Shown here piece by piece: positions 38,775 to 48,374 of a stretch of 64,000 nt of DNA. Made by a program: the position numbers and the translations under genes. Source of the stretch: Nemertoderma westbladi (lineage: Eukaryota > Animalia > Xenacoelomorpha); assembly GCA_032718475.1 (NCBI GenBank), contig JAUCBJ010003673.1, forward strand, positions 1 to 64,000, read 5' to 3'. The notes under the pieces were generated by a model. It did not search any database and was not told the origin of the DNA. It worked only from the letters and a program-made list of their open reading frames with translations. Position 1 is the stretch's first letter; every line of letters begins with the position of its first letter.

Positions 38775-41447
38775 TTATTTACTAACATTTGTTGGAGATT
38801 TGTAGTCTCCAGACTCGTTTCGAGTCTCTTCAAGAAGTACGAGACGTTGAGTCGGTCTGTCTACTGTACGACCGTCAATTGTCCGTACCGTCACAGTTCT
38901 TGTTACTCCATCCATAGATGGATGTGTGTCTAAAATTACACCTGTTATCCAGAAGCGTCTTTTTAGATTCACTTCTGCTAACAGCACGTGATCTCCCGGC
39001 TTTAATGCGCGGGTGTTATTGTACCATGTTGTTCTGGCAGAAATAGAGGGCAAATAATGGTTTTGCCATATTTCCCAGAATTTGTTAGCTAGTAGTTGCG
39101 TGATTTTCCACGCTTTTCTACCGTAGCTATCGCCTTCCATTGGAAAAGAAATAGGCGTCAAAGTAGTCGGTGCCTGCATAAGCAGGTGTGCCGGTGTCAA
39201 AGCAAACTGGGATTGTTTGTCATCGGGTACTAATACTATTGGTCTAGTATTTAGTATTGCCTCGATTTCAACAAATAGTGTTGTCAGTTGGTCGTCTGTC
39301 AATATGTGGTTTACTGGAATGACCTTTGCCATGGCTGTTTTTATAGATCTAATCAATCTCTCCCAGACTCCGCCTCTCCATGGACTATCTGGAGGATTAA
39401 ACTTCCAAACAATCTTGTAAGGACGTAGTTCGTTTGAGATTTGATCATGATCTAATTTCTTAAAGGCTCTAGCAATTTCATTTCGGGCACCAACAAAGTT
39501 TGTCCCTTGGTCTGAGTACAAGCATTTCACTAGTCCGCGTCTAGCGATAAATCGCCGCAATGCTAGTATAAACGCGTTGGTGGAAAGATCCATCACACGT
39601 TCAATATGAACTGCCCTACTGGACATACATGTGAAAATCAGTCCCCAGCGTTTTACTAGTATACGTCCACGTTTCGTATGTATGGGACCAAAGCAATCAA
39701 TTCCAGTCTCTGTAAAAGGTGGTCTGAATGCTTGAAGTCGTGCTTGTGGAAGTTCACTCATTTCTTGAGTACCTATTCTAGAGTGTACCTTTTTACAAAT
39801 AATACACGTACGTGTCACTGAACTTAACGCTTTACTGGGTCTAATTAATACAAATCTTGTACGTAAGTAGGAAAGACAGTGGTGTCTTCCAGCGTGTTTC
39901 AGATGTAAATGTGCGTCCAGTATCATTGCATGTTGTAATTCGTGATGCTGCGGTATTATTATTGGGTATCTAAAGTTTGTGTTAAAGTCAATGTTTTGAA
40001 GCCGAGATTTATGACAAATTAAGCCATTATAAATTATCGGACTCCAACTCAATATTGGTGACGACTTGATTGGTTGACCTTGATTTATAGATGTGAATTC
40101 GCGTGCGAAATATCGCAGTTGGTAATGGCGAATTAATTTAATTTCACACCTGTCAATCTCAGTCAATGTAAGTCGACGTGTAAAGTCGCGTTTGCCTTTA
40201 ACGTATTGTACAAAACGTACAATCCACGCTAATTTTCGGCAAGCGTTTGTCCAAGAGTCTGTTAGGTTTACAATACGGTCGACGTAAGTATTTGTGACGT
40301 CATCAGGTAAGTCAATGGAGAATTTGGAAGGTTTTGATTTACTAGAAGGGCCCACGGGTCCGCCGGTAGGTATTCCCTTGTTGACTGTTAATCCGTCCGG
40401 GTCTACAAGTAATTTGTCCTTCTTTGTTTTCTTACCTTGATTGTCAGTACTTTGTAAGTCGATCGTTAATGGTGGTTTGAACTCTATGGGGTCACTGGGT
40501 TTCGGTAAACTTATTTTTCTGCCGATATTAATCCCAGGTCTCACCATAGGTTGCAAGTTTGGTATGTCTCTTGAGCGCAAAGTAACACCTGTATTTACAT
40601 TAGCGTAGGTACTACCCACATCTGTAATACATGAGGTTTCACTGTGCTTATGGTTACTCAAGTGTGTCAAATTTGGTAGTTTGTCAATACAAGGCCGCTC
40701 CAATAGAGAAACTGCGGCTTTACTATTTGTCAATATGTTACTAGTGTCTGGTAGAACATTTTGTGACATGTCTGGTAGAATGTTTCGCGGAACATCCGGC
40801 GAAATATCTAGTGACGTGTCTGGCAAAACGTCTGGTTGACCGTCTAGTAACGCGTCTGGCGATACGTCTGGTAACGTGTCTGGTTGTTTGTCAATAGAAG
40901 GCCGCTCCAATAGAGAAACTGCGGCTTTACTATTTGTCAATATGTTACTAGTGTCTGGTAGAACATTTTGTGACGTGTCTGGTAGAATGTTTCGCGGAAC
41001 ATCCGGCGAAATATCTAGTGACGTGTCTGGCAAAACGTCTGGTTGACCGTCTAGTAACGCGTCTGGCGATACGTCTGGTAACGTGTCTGGTTGTTTGTCA
41101 ATAGAAGGCCGCTCCAATAGAGAAACTGCGGCTTTACTATATGTCAATAGGTTACTAGTGTCTGGTAGAACATTTTGTGACGTGTCTGGTAGAATGTTTC
41201 GCGGAACATCCGGCGAAATATCTAGTGACGTGTCTTGCAAAACGTCTGGTTGACCGTCTAGTAACGCGTCTGGTTGACCATCTAGCGATATGTCTGGTGT
41301 AGAAAGGCTCGCAAGTCTTCCGGCGTTATCATCTGTCATCGATGGAATCTCTGGCTGACTCGCCTTCTCCCCAAGTTCTAAACTCACCTGGTGGATTAGC
41401 TGCTCCTTGTGACTTATCGTATTAGCTACACACGTCGTACTTGTCAT
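38775..41447 (-). CDS. BEL/Pao integrase preceded by a low-complexity repeat region
   Basis: HHCC (HLHLKH...CIIC), DDE triad (TGIDCFGP, YSDQGTNF, GGVWERLIRSIK) and BEL C-terminal FWEIWQNHYL. No RT or RNase H motifs. Confidence 0.92.
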   Translation of the reverse strand: MTSTTCVANTISHKEQLIHQVSLELGEKASQPEIPSMTDDNAGRLASLSTPDISLDGQPDALLDGQPDVLQDTSLDISPDVPRNILPDTSQNVLPDTSNLLTYSKAAVSLLERPSIDKQPDTLPDVSPDALLDGQPDVLPDTSLDISPDVPRNILPDTSQNVLPDTSNILTNSKAAVSLLERPSIDKQPDTLPDVSPDALLDGQPDVLPDTSLDISPDVPRNILPDMSQNVLPDTSNILTNSKAAVSLLERPCIDKLPNLTHLSNHKHSETSCITDVGSTYANVNTGVTLRSRDIPNLQPMVRPGINIGRKISLPKPSDPIEFKPPLTIDLQSTDNQGKKTKKDKLLVDPDGLTVNKGIPTGGPVGPSSKSKPSKFSIDLPDDVTNTYVDRIVNLTDSWTNACRKLAWIVRFVQYVKGKRDFTRRLTLTEIDRCEIKLIRHYQLRYFAREFTSINQGQPIKSSPILSWSPIIYNGLICHKSRLQNIDFNTNFRYPIIIPQHHELQHAMILDAHLHLKHAGRHHCLSYLRTRFVLIRPSKALSSVTRTCIICKKVHSRIGTQEMSELPQARLQAFRPPFTETGIDCFGPIHTKRGRILVKRWGLIFTCMSSRAVHIERVMDLSTNAFILALRRFIARRGLVKCLYSDQGTNFVGARNEIARAFKKLDHDQISNELRPYKIVWKFNPPDSPWRGGVWERLIRSIKTAMAKVIPVNHILTDDQLTTLFVEIEAILNTRPIVLVPDDKQSQFALTPAHLLMQAPTTLTPISFPMEGDSYGRKAWKITQLLANKFWEIWQNHYLPSISARTTWYNNTRALKPGDHVLLAEVNLKRRFWITGVILDTHPSMDGVTRTVTVRTIDGRTVDRPTQRLVLLEETRNESGDYKSPTNVSK
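40681..41298 (-). repeat. 207-bp (69-aa) coding tandem repeat, about 3 copies, built from 12-bp subunits
   Basis: AAGGCCGCTCCAATAGAG recurs at 40691, 40898 and 41105; the peptide has PDxx periodicity. Confidence 0.92.
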
Positions 41448-41507
41448 GTTGTCGTGTTTTATCGACGCTTGTGTAGTATAGTCTCGGTCGTGTGAAAGGG
41501 AATGAGT

Positions 41508-42848
41508 CTAAGTTGTAGTTAATAAACTACATGTACTTTGTATATCGTCTTCCTCGTCACTTATATCCAGTGTGCGCACAGGCGCTCGAGTATACCACCC
41601 TATCGGCGTTCTACAGGCGTATGTGTTTCCCGCTACGACTGCCGATGGTCTGGTTTCCCACACTTGATGTAGGTTGAATTGATCTGTCCCGATCAGCATT
41701 GCTACCGACCTATAGTTGACAGGACATTCAGGTACACCAAGGTGTCTGAAGTACTTACGGTCCTCCAAGGATTGTTCTGGGACAGGACCTAGTAGGTTAC
41801 TAAAGTCCTTTGTGGCCGGAAAGGTTAAATCTTTAAAGGGTAACAAAGACCTCTCCTTTTCGCTATGTTGCGATTTCGGAAGAAGAGTGTCTAAGTTCAA
41901 CTTAACTCGTGTCACTGGTATTGCACGTTGTCCATGCATACTACTTACGGTGTAACTGACGTTCTTACCTTGTCGGAGATCCGTCACAACATCAGCTACT
42001 TTCTCATCCACGTAGCTATGAGATGAGGCTGAATCCAGGATAGCGTAGATCCTTTTGCTCCCTTTGGTGCCAGTAATCTTGACAGGAATTATACTAAACC
42101 CCTTTAGTTGATCAGGCGTCAGAAGCGCAATCGATGGTTGTTCGTCTCCAGTATCAAAGTAAACGTCTTCGTCTTCCGACTCTTCATCCGACGATCCTGA
42201 TTGTTCCGAGAAGCAATCTCTAATGTATGTCACGAAAGTCGGTGTTGTTTTTGACTCTCGACCCTTATATGCTGTGTTGCATCTTGCTGCCGCTTCCGGG
42301 TGTTCCCTGGTGAAGCGTTTGGTCGGCGTATGACTGTCTGTGTGGAGCAAACCGTCATGGTTGCGTCCACAGGAAGGACAGATGTCTGTATTTGGGCAGT
42401 CTTTACGGACATGTCCATGTAGCGTACACCGCCAACAAGAGTCCAATGGCCGTATTTGCAGTCGTTGTTCCTCCGAGTTCAATTCGCGGAATAGTCGACA
42501 ACCTCTCAGTTTATGGCTAGTATGTCGTTTACCTAGCCGTTCGCAATATTGGCAACTGCTAAAGTCTGTGCTCAGTTGCTGTCGGATCTGTTTGGTTCCA
42601 ATTGGTGCGGATACCTTATTACTGTCCGAAAATTGTCGGGTGTCGGTCGATGTTGCGTAGGTAACCGTCTTTGTGGATGTCATCGGTGGTTTTTGTCTGT
42701 TGGAGGATGGTAAGGTTATTCCTTCTGCCACAATATGTTGGTCCGTGTAGTTCGAACGCGTCTCGACTACTGCCTCTCTGGATATCATTAAGTAGACGTC
42801 TTCCAACTTCAAGAATCCGCCCCTCTCTTCTCGCTGATATTCTATCTT
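41508..42848 (-). CDS. BEL gag C-terminus (three zinc knuckles) and aspartic protease
   Basis: CQYC..H..C, CWRCTLHGHVRKDC, CPSCGRNHDGLLH, protease YAILDSASSHSYV, MLIGTD and RTPIGW. In frame with both neighbouring ORFs across single stop codons. Confidence 0.9.
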   Translation of the reverse strand, partial: KIEYQREERGGFLKLEDVYLMISREAVVETRSNYTDQHIVAEGITLPSSNRQKPPMTSTKTVTYATSTDTRQFSDSNKVSAPIGTKQIRQQLSTDFSSCQYCERLGKRHTSHKLRGCRLFRELNSEEQRLQIRPLDSCWRCTLHGHVRKDCPNTDICPSCGRNHDGLLHTDSHTPTKRFTREHPEAAARCNTAYKGRESKTTPTFVTYIRDCFSEQSGSSDEESEDEDVYFDTGDEQPSIALLTPDQLKGFSIIPVKITGTKGSKRIYAILDSASSHSYVDEKVADVVTDLRQGKNVSYTVSSMHGQRAIPVTRVKLNLDTLLPKSQHSEKERSLLPFKDLTFPATKDFSNLLGPVPEQSLEDRKYFRHLGVPECPVNYRSVAMLIGTDQFNLHQVWETRPSAVVAGNTYACRTPIGWYTRAPVRTLDISDEEDDIQSTCSLLTTT

Positions 42849-45644
42849 TCACCACTCCCGACGAAGTCGATGGTGTAATCTTCCTATTATTTTCAATAGG
42901 ACTGTCGGAGTGTTCGCGTAGTCAAGTTGTCCAATCGAGCGTAGTGTAGTAATGGCGTTTTTAATCTCGTCAGCTAATTTCAGTAAGTCAACGGGTTTTG
43001 TTATAGCCCCCCCCTTACAGAGTTCTTCTATCACTGACTTAGCCATGCTTACAGTGCCTCCGTAAATCGAAGTTAAGCGATCGTACGCTAGTTCGAAGGC
43101 GTCTGGTACACCGACAAAGGTCTCCGCTAGACGTTTCGGTTCTCCCGTCAGCGTTTGTAGCAGGTAGTTGAATTTCTCCCTCGATGTAAAGGCGCACGTT
43201 GCTATTTGGGTTTCGATGTAGTCCACAAAGGTGTGCCAATGTTTCGAGTTACCGGAAAACTTAGGTGGTTGTTGCACCGGTAATCCTTGTCTGGCTGCGA
43301 ATTTCGCTATCTCCTCGGCCACGTTCAAAGTTTCGCGTCCTTGGTTGGCAATCGAGTTGATGTTCTCTCGTCTTGGCGCTTTTCCTTGATACGAGGTGTT
43401 TCTCGAGGGTTGTTTTCTTTGCTGCTTCGGGTGTCTAGAGTGTTCGAACTCGTTACCTCGCGAACTATCAGTTTGAGTTTCTTCTAAACGTTCTTCTATC
43501 TGGGCCAACTTGTCTACAACTGGTCGCATTAGATCGGCGAATTGTTGCGTACTAATCGCGTCTGTTGGTTGTAACGCTTTCTGTGTTGGTGTATTGTGTG
43601 GAGGATTATCGATAAAGGAGTTATCTGAACGCTCACGTTTATATTCGTCGGCCGCTCCTGTTCTAAATACCTCGCGTTCCGGGTAATCCGACTCGCTTGA
43701 AGTACTACTGTCACCTGGATACGGTGGTCGACGTGCTCGCGTCCGTTGTGTCGTTCGAATTCTAACATTCCGTTTCGGAACATCATCCACTGTTCTCCGT
43801 TGTTTGGTAGGCTCACAAGTCTTCCTCGAAGTTGTAGATTGCGATGTAAACTGATTAAACGGTGGTCGAATGACAGCGTTTGAATCTAAAGGCCTTGTAG
43901 GCCTAAACGTCATTGGGTACGTGTAATGCATAACGGGTTTTGGTGTCGAAGGTGGACTCACCTGTTTTGTCGTCAGTGGTGCAGGTCCGGTCAACAAACT
44001 ACTACGATCTGTAATCGGTGGGTTACTTACCTTGACTTTCAGAATGGGCGACGACGTTGCTCTTGGCGGTGTAAACTTGTCCGGAATAACAAACCTGTGT
44101 TCCGTCGCACCATGGATAGGAGAAATATTACTACTACCAGCAATCGAAACAGGTTCCTTAGTCGTAATCGGTGCAAACATAGGAGTTACTTGAGGGAATC
44201 TTTGACATAAGTCTTTTACCAATTGTCTTTCTCGCCCAGGTGCCCCTACACTTCCTTCCTTCATTCGTTCCTGAATTTGGCGGTGCCTTACCTCTATCTG
44301 GTCCAAATCATGTCCGTCACGAGATCTCATCGATCGATCGCAGGCTTGTAGATCCAGATCTTCCTTCGCGTTGGCTAATTCTCTCGCCTTCTTCTCGAGT
44401 TCGAAATGAAGTTTAACTTCTTTCTCGCGTTGTTCCGTCTGTTGTTGTTGCGCCTCGAACTCCGCTTGTCGTATAGCTGATTGAGCCTTTATTTGCCGTT
44501 TTTTCATCTCAGCTCTTACTTCCGAAATACGCTTGTGTTCTTCCAACGCTGCTGCTCGTCGCTCTAAATCAGCCGCTGCCGCTTGTCGTTCCAACTCAGC
44601 TGCTGCCGCTTGTTGCACTAACTCAGCTGCCGCTGTTCGCTGTGCTATTTCTAGCTCCAACCTTTCCATCTCACCCGCTTCCAACTCGGCTTGTTCTTGC
44701 AGCTGAGAGATTCTCGCAACATTTGCAACGCGTAGTTTTTCTTCTTCTACCGCCGCTTGTGCCGTCAACAGTTGAGTTTGTTCCTCAATTTCCCGTTGTT
44801 GTCTATAGTGCTGTTGTTGCTGTCTGGAAATTTCTGACGTCACTATACTTACCTCGCCAATTTCGCTGCGAATACTCACTAACGATTGGTCCAGTATTCC
44901 CGGTGCCGATTCGATTTGTACGGGTGAAGTTTCCCTCGTATATTCCGGCACGGTTTCCAAATCGCCGACGTCTTCGCCGCACATACGTAAGTGGTCCGTC
45001 AGATGTTTCAATTGTCCATCCAGTCGGTACAGTTCCTGTTCTTCCTCGGGCTGCAATAATTCGTCCGAAACTGACTCACCTAACAACTGGTCCGCTTGTT
45101 CCTGTTGTATCTGCCTAATCGTCGACTTAAACTGAATCAGTTTCTCTCTAGCGATCATTAGTTTCTCGAGGATTCTAAGTTGAGTATCCACGTCCTGTCT
45201 CTGTCTAGCTAGATCTTGTAGACCAATTAGATTATCTACGGACTTATGTACTCTACTTTGTACTCTAACCTGGAGGGTGTAGAACTCAAACCGAGACATC
45301 GGAGCGGTTAACTCGTCTAATATGCGTTGGCCTTCCCCAATACTCCTGGTAATATGCGCCATGTAGCCTCCGACGCTTCTAACCACACTCTCCTGGCTTC
45401 CTACTGAACTTACCATGTCCGTTTCCCTGTATCTAGGTTGCGGAACAGTTAGAAAGTCCTCGGTCCTGCCGTCGCCTCGTACTACGGCATCCGGTACTCC
45501 CGTTGGATGTACTGGTGACGCACACGGTGTAGGTTCGGTAGGCTCGCGAGTCTTCCCCTGTAGTTCTTCCGCTGCTGACTTATCTCCGTCGCATGAGTCA
45601 TAGTCGGTAGGTGTATTCTTCGTATAGTCTTGTTTGTCACTCAT
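42849..45644 (-). CDS. BEL gag N-terminal part (coiled coil plus DUF1759-like capsid region)
   Basis: PPKFSGNSKHWHTF...EKFNYLLQTLTGEPKRL...AYDRLTSIYG is the BEL gag signature. Ends at an in-frame TGA within gag. Confidence 0.88.
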   Translation of the reverse strand: MSDKQDYTKNTPTDYDSCDGDKSAAEELQGKTREPTEPTPCASPVHPTGVPDAVVRGDGRTEDFLTVPQPRYRETDMVSSVGSQESVVRSVGGYMAHITRSIGEGQRILDELTAPMSRFEFYTLQVRVQSRVHKSVDNLIGLQDLARQRQDVDTQLRILEKLMIAREKLIQFKSTIRQIQQEQADQLLGESVSDELLQPEEEQELYRLDGQLKHLTDHLRMCGEDVGDLETVPEYTRETSPVQIESAPGILDQSLVSIRSEIGEVSIVTSEISRQQQQHYRQQREIEEQTQLLTAQAAVEEEKLRVANVARISQLQEQAELEAGEMERLELEIAQRTAAAELVQQAAAAELERQAAAADLERRAAALEEHKRISEVRAEMKKRQIKAQSAIRQAEFEAQQQQTEQREKEVKLHFELEKKARELANAKEDLDLQACDRSMRSRDGHDLDQIEVRHRQIQERMKEGSVGAPGRERQLVKDLCQRFPQVTPMFAPITTKEPVSIAGSSNISPIHGATEHRFVIPDKFTPPRATSSPILKVKVSNPPITDRSSLLTGPAPLTTKQVSPPSTPKPVMHYTYPMTFRPTRPLDSNAVIRPPFNQFTSQSTTSRKTCEPTKQRRTVDDVPKRNVRIRTTQRTRARRPPYPGDSSTSSESDYPEREVFRTGAADEYKRERSDNSFIDNPPHNTPTQKALQPTDAISTQQFADLMRPVVDKLAQIEERLEETQTDSSRGNEFEHSRHPKQQRKQPSRNTSYQGKAPRRENINSIANQGRETLNVAEEIAKFAARQGLPVQQPPKFSGNSKHWHTFVDYIETQIATCAFTSREKFNYLLQTLTGEPKRLAETFVGVPDAFELAYDRLTSIYGGTVSMAKSVIEELCKGGAITKPVDLLKLADEIKNAITTLRSIGQLDYANTPTVLLKIIGRLHHRLRREW

Positions 45645-46433
45645 TTCGGTAGTTGTAAGTCAAGTAAAATGTGAGTGTCAAAGTATCAAATTTACCGTAT
45701 TTATATTTAAACGGTACTAATTACAGTCATATAAAATTAGCCTACCGGCCGATTTTATAGCAGATGGATAAAATTAGCCTAAGCGGCCAATTTTACAGCA
45801 AATAAATGTCACGGAATAAGTATATAATAAAATTAGCCTAGCAGCCAATTTTATAACAAATAAATCGGATAACGATATGCGTTATCAAAAGGTAAATTAA
45901 ATACAATAATACGGACTAATTCAGCAATGAACAAAGAAATCGTACAGAATGCATAAATACTTGAGACAGTGGAACCCACAATAATTTTAACTAATACGGT
46001 AATGCCTAACTTATTTATGCAACTTTTCAAACTCACCCACTCCAATGATTCTCCAGAAAAACAGATTCCCAGATACAAACCGGACGTGAACCTTTCCGTT
46101 TCCAGCGTTGCGGACGAAGTGCGATTTTCCCAACCAAAGTTGTTGGGTTATCTATCTCCCAAACTTGCTAAACACGGTCTTGCTCTCGTTACAGTCTAGA
46201 AATGAGTTCTGAATCCTGAAAAAACAAAAGAGTTAGGTTTTACTTTTACGAAAATTTTGTACCGGTACAATATGGTATTTAAACCCTTTTAAACACCGGT
46301 ATTCAATTCCAAAATATTTTACACGCGGTTCAAATCAAATTTTATTTCAAAAAATTAGCACTTAGCTAATCAAATATAAATTTTACCTCAAAATACAAAA
46401 ATTTTCAAATAACTTTAGTCCTACCGAACCGTA

Positions 46434-48374
46434 GTTCAGTAAAACATATTCCTACTAAATGAAGAGACAGTAACAAATACACGAATCCTGCAATATCATA
46501 CTATAAAGTTTGTGAATCAAATCATAAATCCGACCTTCTCACCAAAACAGTAAACTCCAAGTAGGCGAATATATTGCAGTATCGGTCTCTTATAACCGGT
46601 GAGGCAGAAAACAGTCTACGAATGGACAAACTTCGATAAAACAAAATCCCGCGCAGCGAATCCTAAAATCAGGCTGACTCACTGACGGACTAAGGGGCTC
46701 GTATACTTTGCCGCGGTGTGATTTATATGGTTGGGCGAAAAGGACGCTAGCTAGGTGCAGAGATCTGGAGATGTCTAACTAGCGGGCAAAGTGCAGTACG
46801 GACAAAAGTTAATTTTATATATTTTGAGGTGTAAATAATTTCTAACGTGCGTGTGTTAATTCTGAACCATCAAGATCAGTTTTGCTCCTTGATATATATA
46901 ATTACTGGGTACGGTGTGCATTTTACGAATATTCTAATTTTGTAACTTGTAGGTCCAATACTCACGAATGATAAGGCTCCTTCCCCTCTTGCGTATTTCC
47001 AGGACTCAAATTCAGGCATAAGATTAATGCTACGCCCAGAATTCGGCAATTTTAATTTACCAGGTCCCTAATACTAAGAAGAAATGTGTTAGTTTACTAC
47101 AGTAGGCGTACGGTTACTAATAGCTAGCCTGGCGTCCTATCTAGAATTTTGGTTACCTAGGTGGGCTTGGTAACTTCCTATCAGGATGTCGGCGGGGACA
47201 CGGTAGATGTTAGTATCCCTAAACAGCCTCAATTTATTTGCGCCTAGTCGTAAACTGCCCTACCGCCTGAACGGTACAATCCTAATTCAGGTGAAACACA
47301 GTAACCCTCCTGGCCTACAAGTTATAATGCAATGGACACCGTTGTACTACAAATAGTCACAGACGCACCTGCACTTAGCAAGAGTTAGGCGTACAGTTTG
47401 CTGCACCCTACCAATGTGTATGCTTTGTACCGGTGTGCCTATGTCCTATCTGCGTACTAGTATCTCTGCCTGCTCTCCCCCGTAGGAATATGAAGGTCTA
47501 CTGCGGTTTTTTCCTGAATTAAAACAGTACAGTCCCTAGATGTAATTTTAGGCGTACAGCGTGTCACTACCTCTACCTTCGATCTTTGGTCTTATACTTA
47601 GGTAGCAAGGCATCGAACGCTGTCTAACCTTTCAGGCGATGGGCGAATAACTAAGAGTGATATTGCGGGTTGTCTCCTGTCTACATTCCTTAGATGTTCC
47701 CGTTCATTGCTGTGGCCCGATGTTTAGCCAGCCATCCTGTCCCTCAGTTGAGTTCACCGTGGTGAAGCATAGTAAAACAGATAGAAAAAGGGCAGATTAG
47801 CGATAATTCTGACTTTATTAAAGAAGATATACATAAACGTAACAAGAAACTAATAGATAACTAATAAAGATAATCTAAAGCACGAATGATTGAGATATAG
47901 ACTGAGGTTTAGATATGTATAACTAATGAACGAAATCGCACCTTTTATACCAAATTTGTGCCGCAATCAATCGAGAAAATTCTCGATTGTTCTATGAGTT
48001 CTAACAGGTTTTTAAAGATAGCTATTGGTCCAACGAATATATAACTTGTACGACATTGGTTACAATCTAATAACTACAATCTCATTGGTTAATCTTACTT
48101 CGAGCAAATGCAATTAATTTGTAGCGGTCAATTTAAATGAGTTGAAATTCTGCACGCACAAAAAATAATTCGCACCTACTAGGATTCGAACTCAATACAC
48201 ACTACATATAATTTCCAACGCTCTACCGACTGAGCTACTGGACCACTTGAATAATCATCGTACAAATAGATATAGCAAATACAAATGAGGACTTAATGTA
48301 ATCTTTTAACAAAGTTAATTCGAATAAAATAAAAATTTTGAAAATCCACGGCATTTAGAGAATATAATTCTATA
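46434..48374 (-). repeat. 5' LTR (about 1.94 kb)
   Basis: Direct repeat of 32178-33746, with extra segments at about 47001-47313 and 47586-47640. Confidence 0.93.

Larger units (their letters stand above)
32178..48374 (-). mobile_element. BEL/Pao LTR retrotransposon, RT-less, with extra exonuclease ORF
   Basis: Direct repeats at 32178-33746 and 46434-48374 enclose BEL-type gag, three zinc knuckles, protease and integrase ORFs on the minus strand. Confidence 0.93.
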
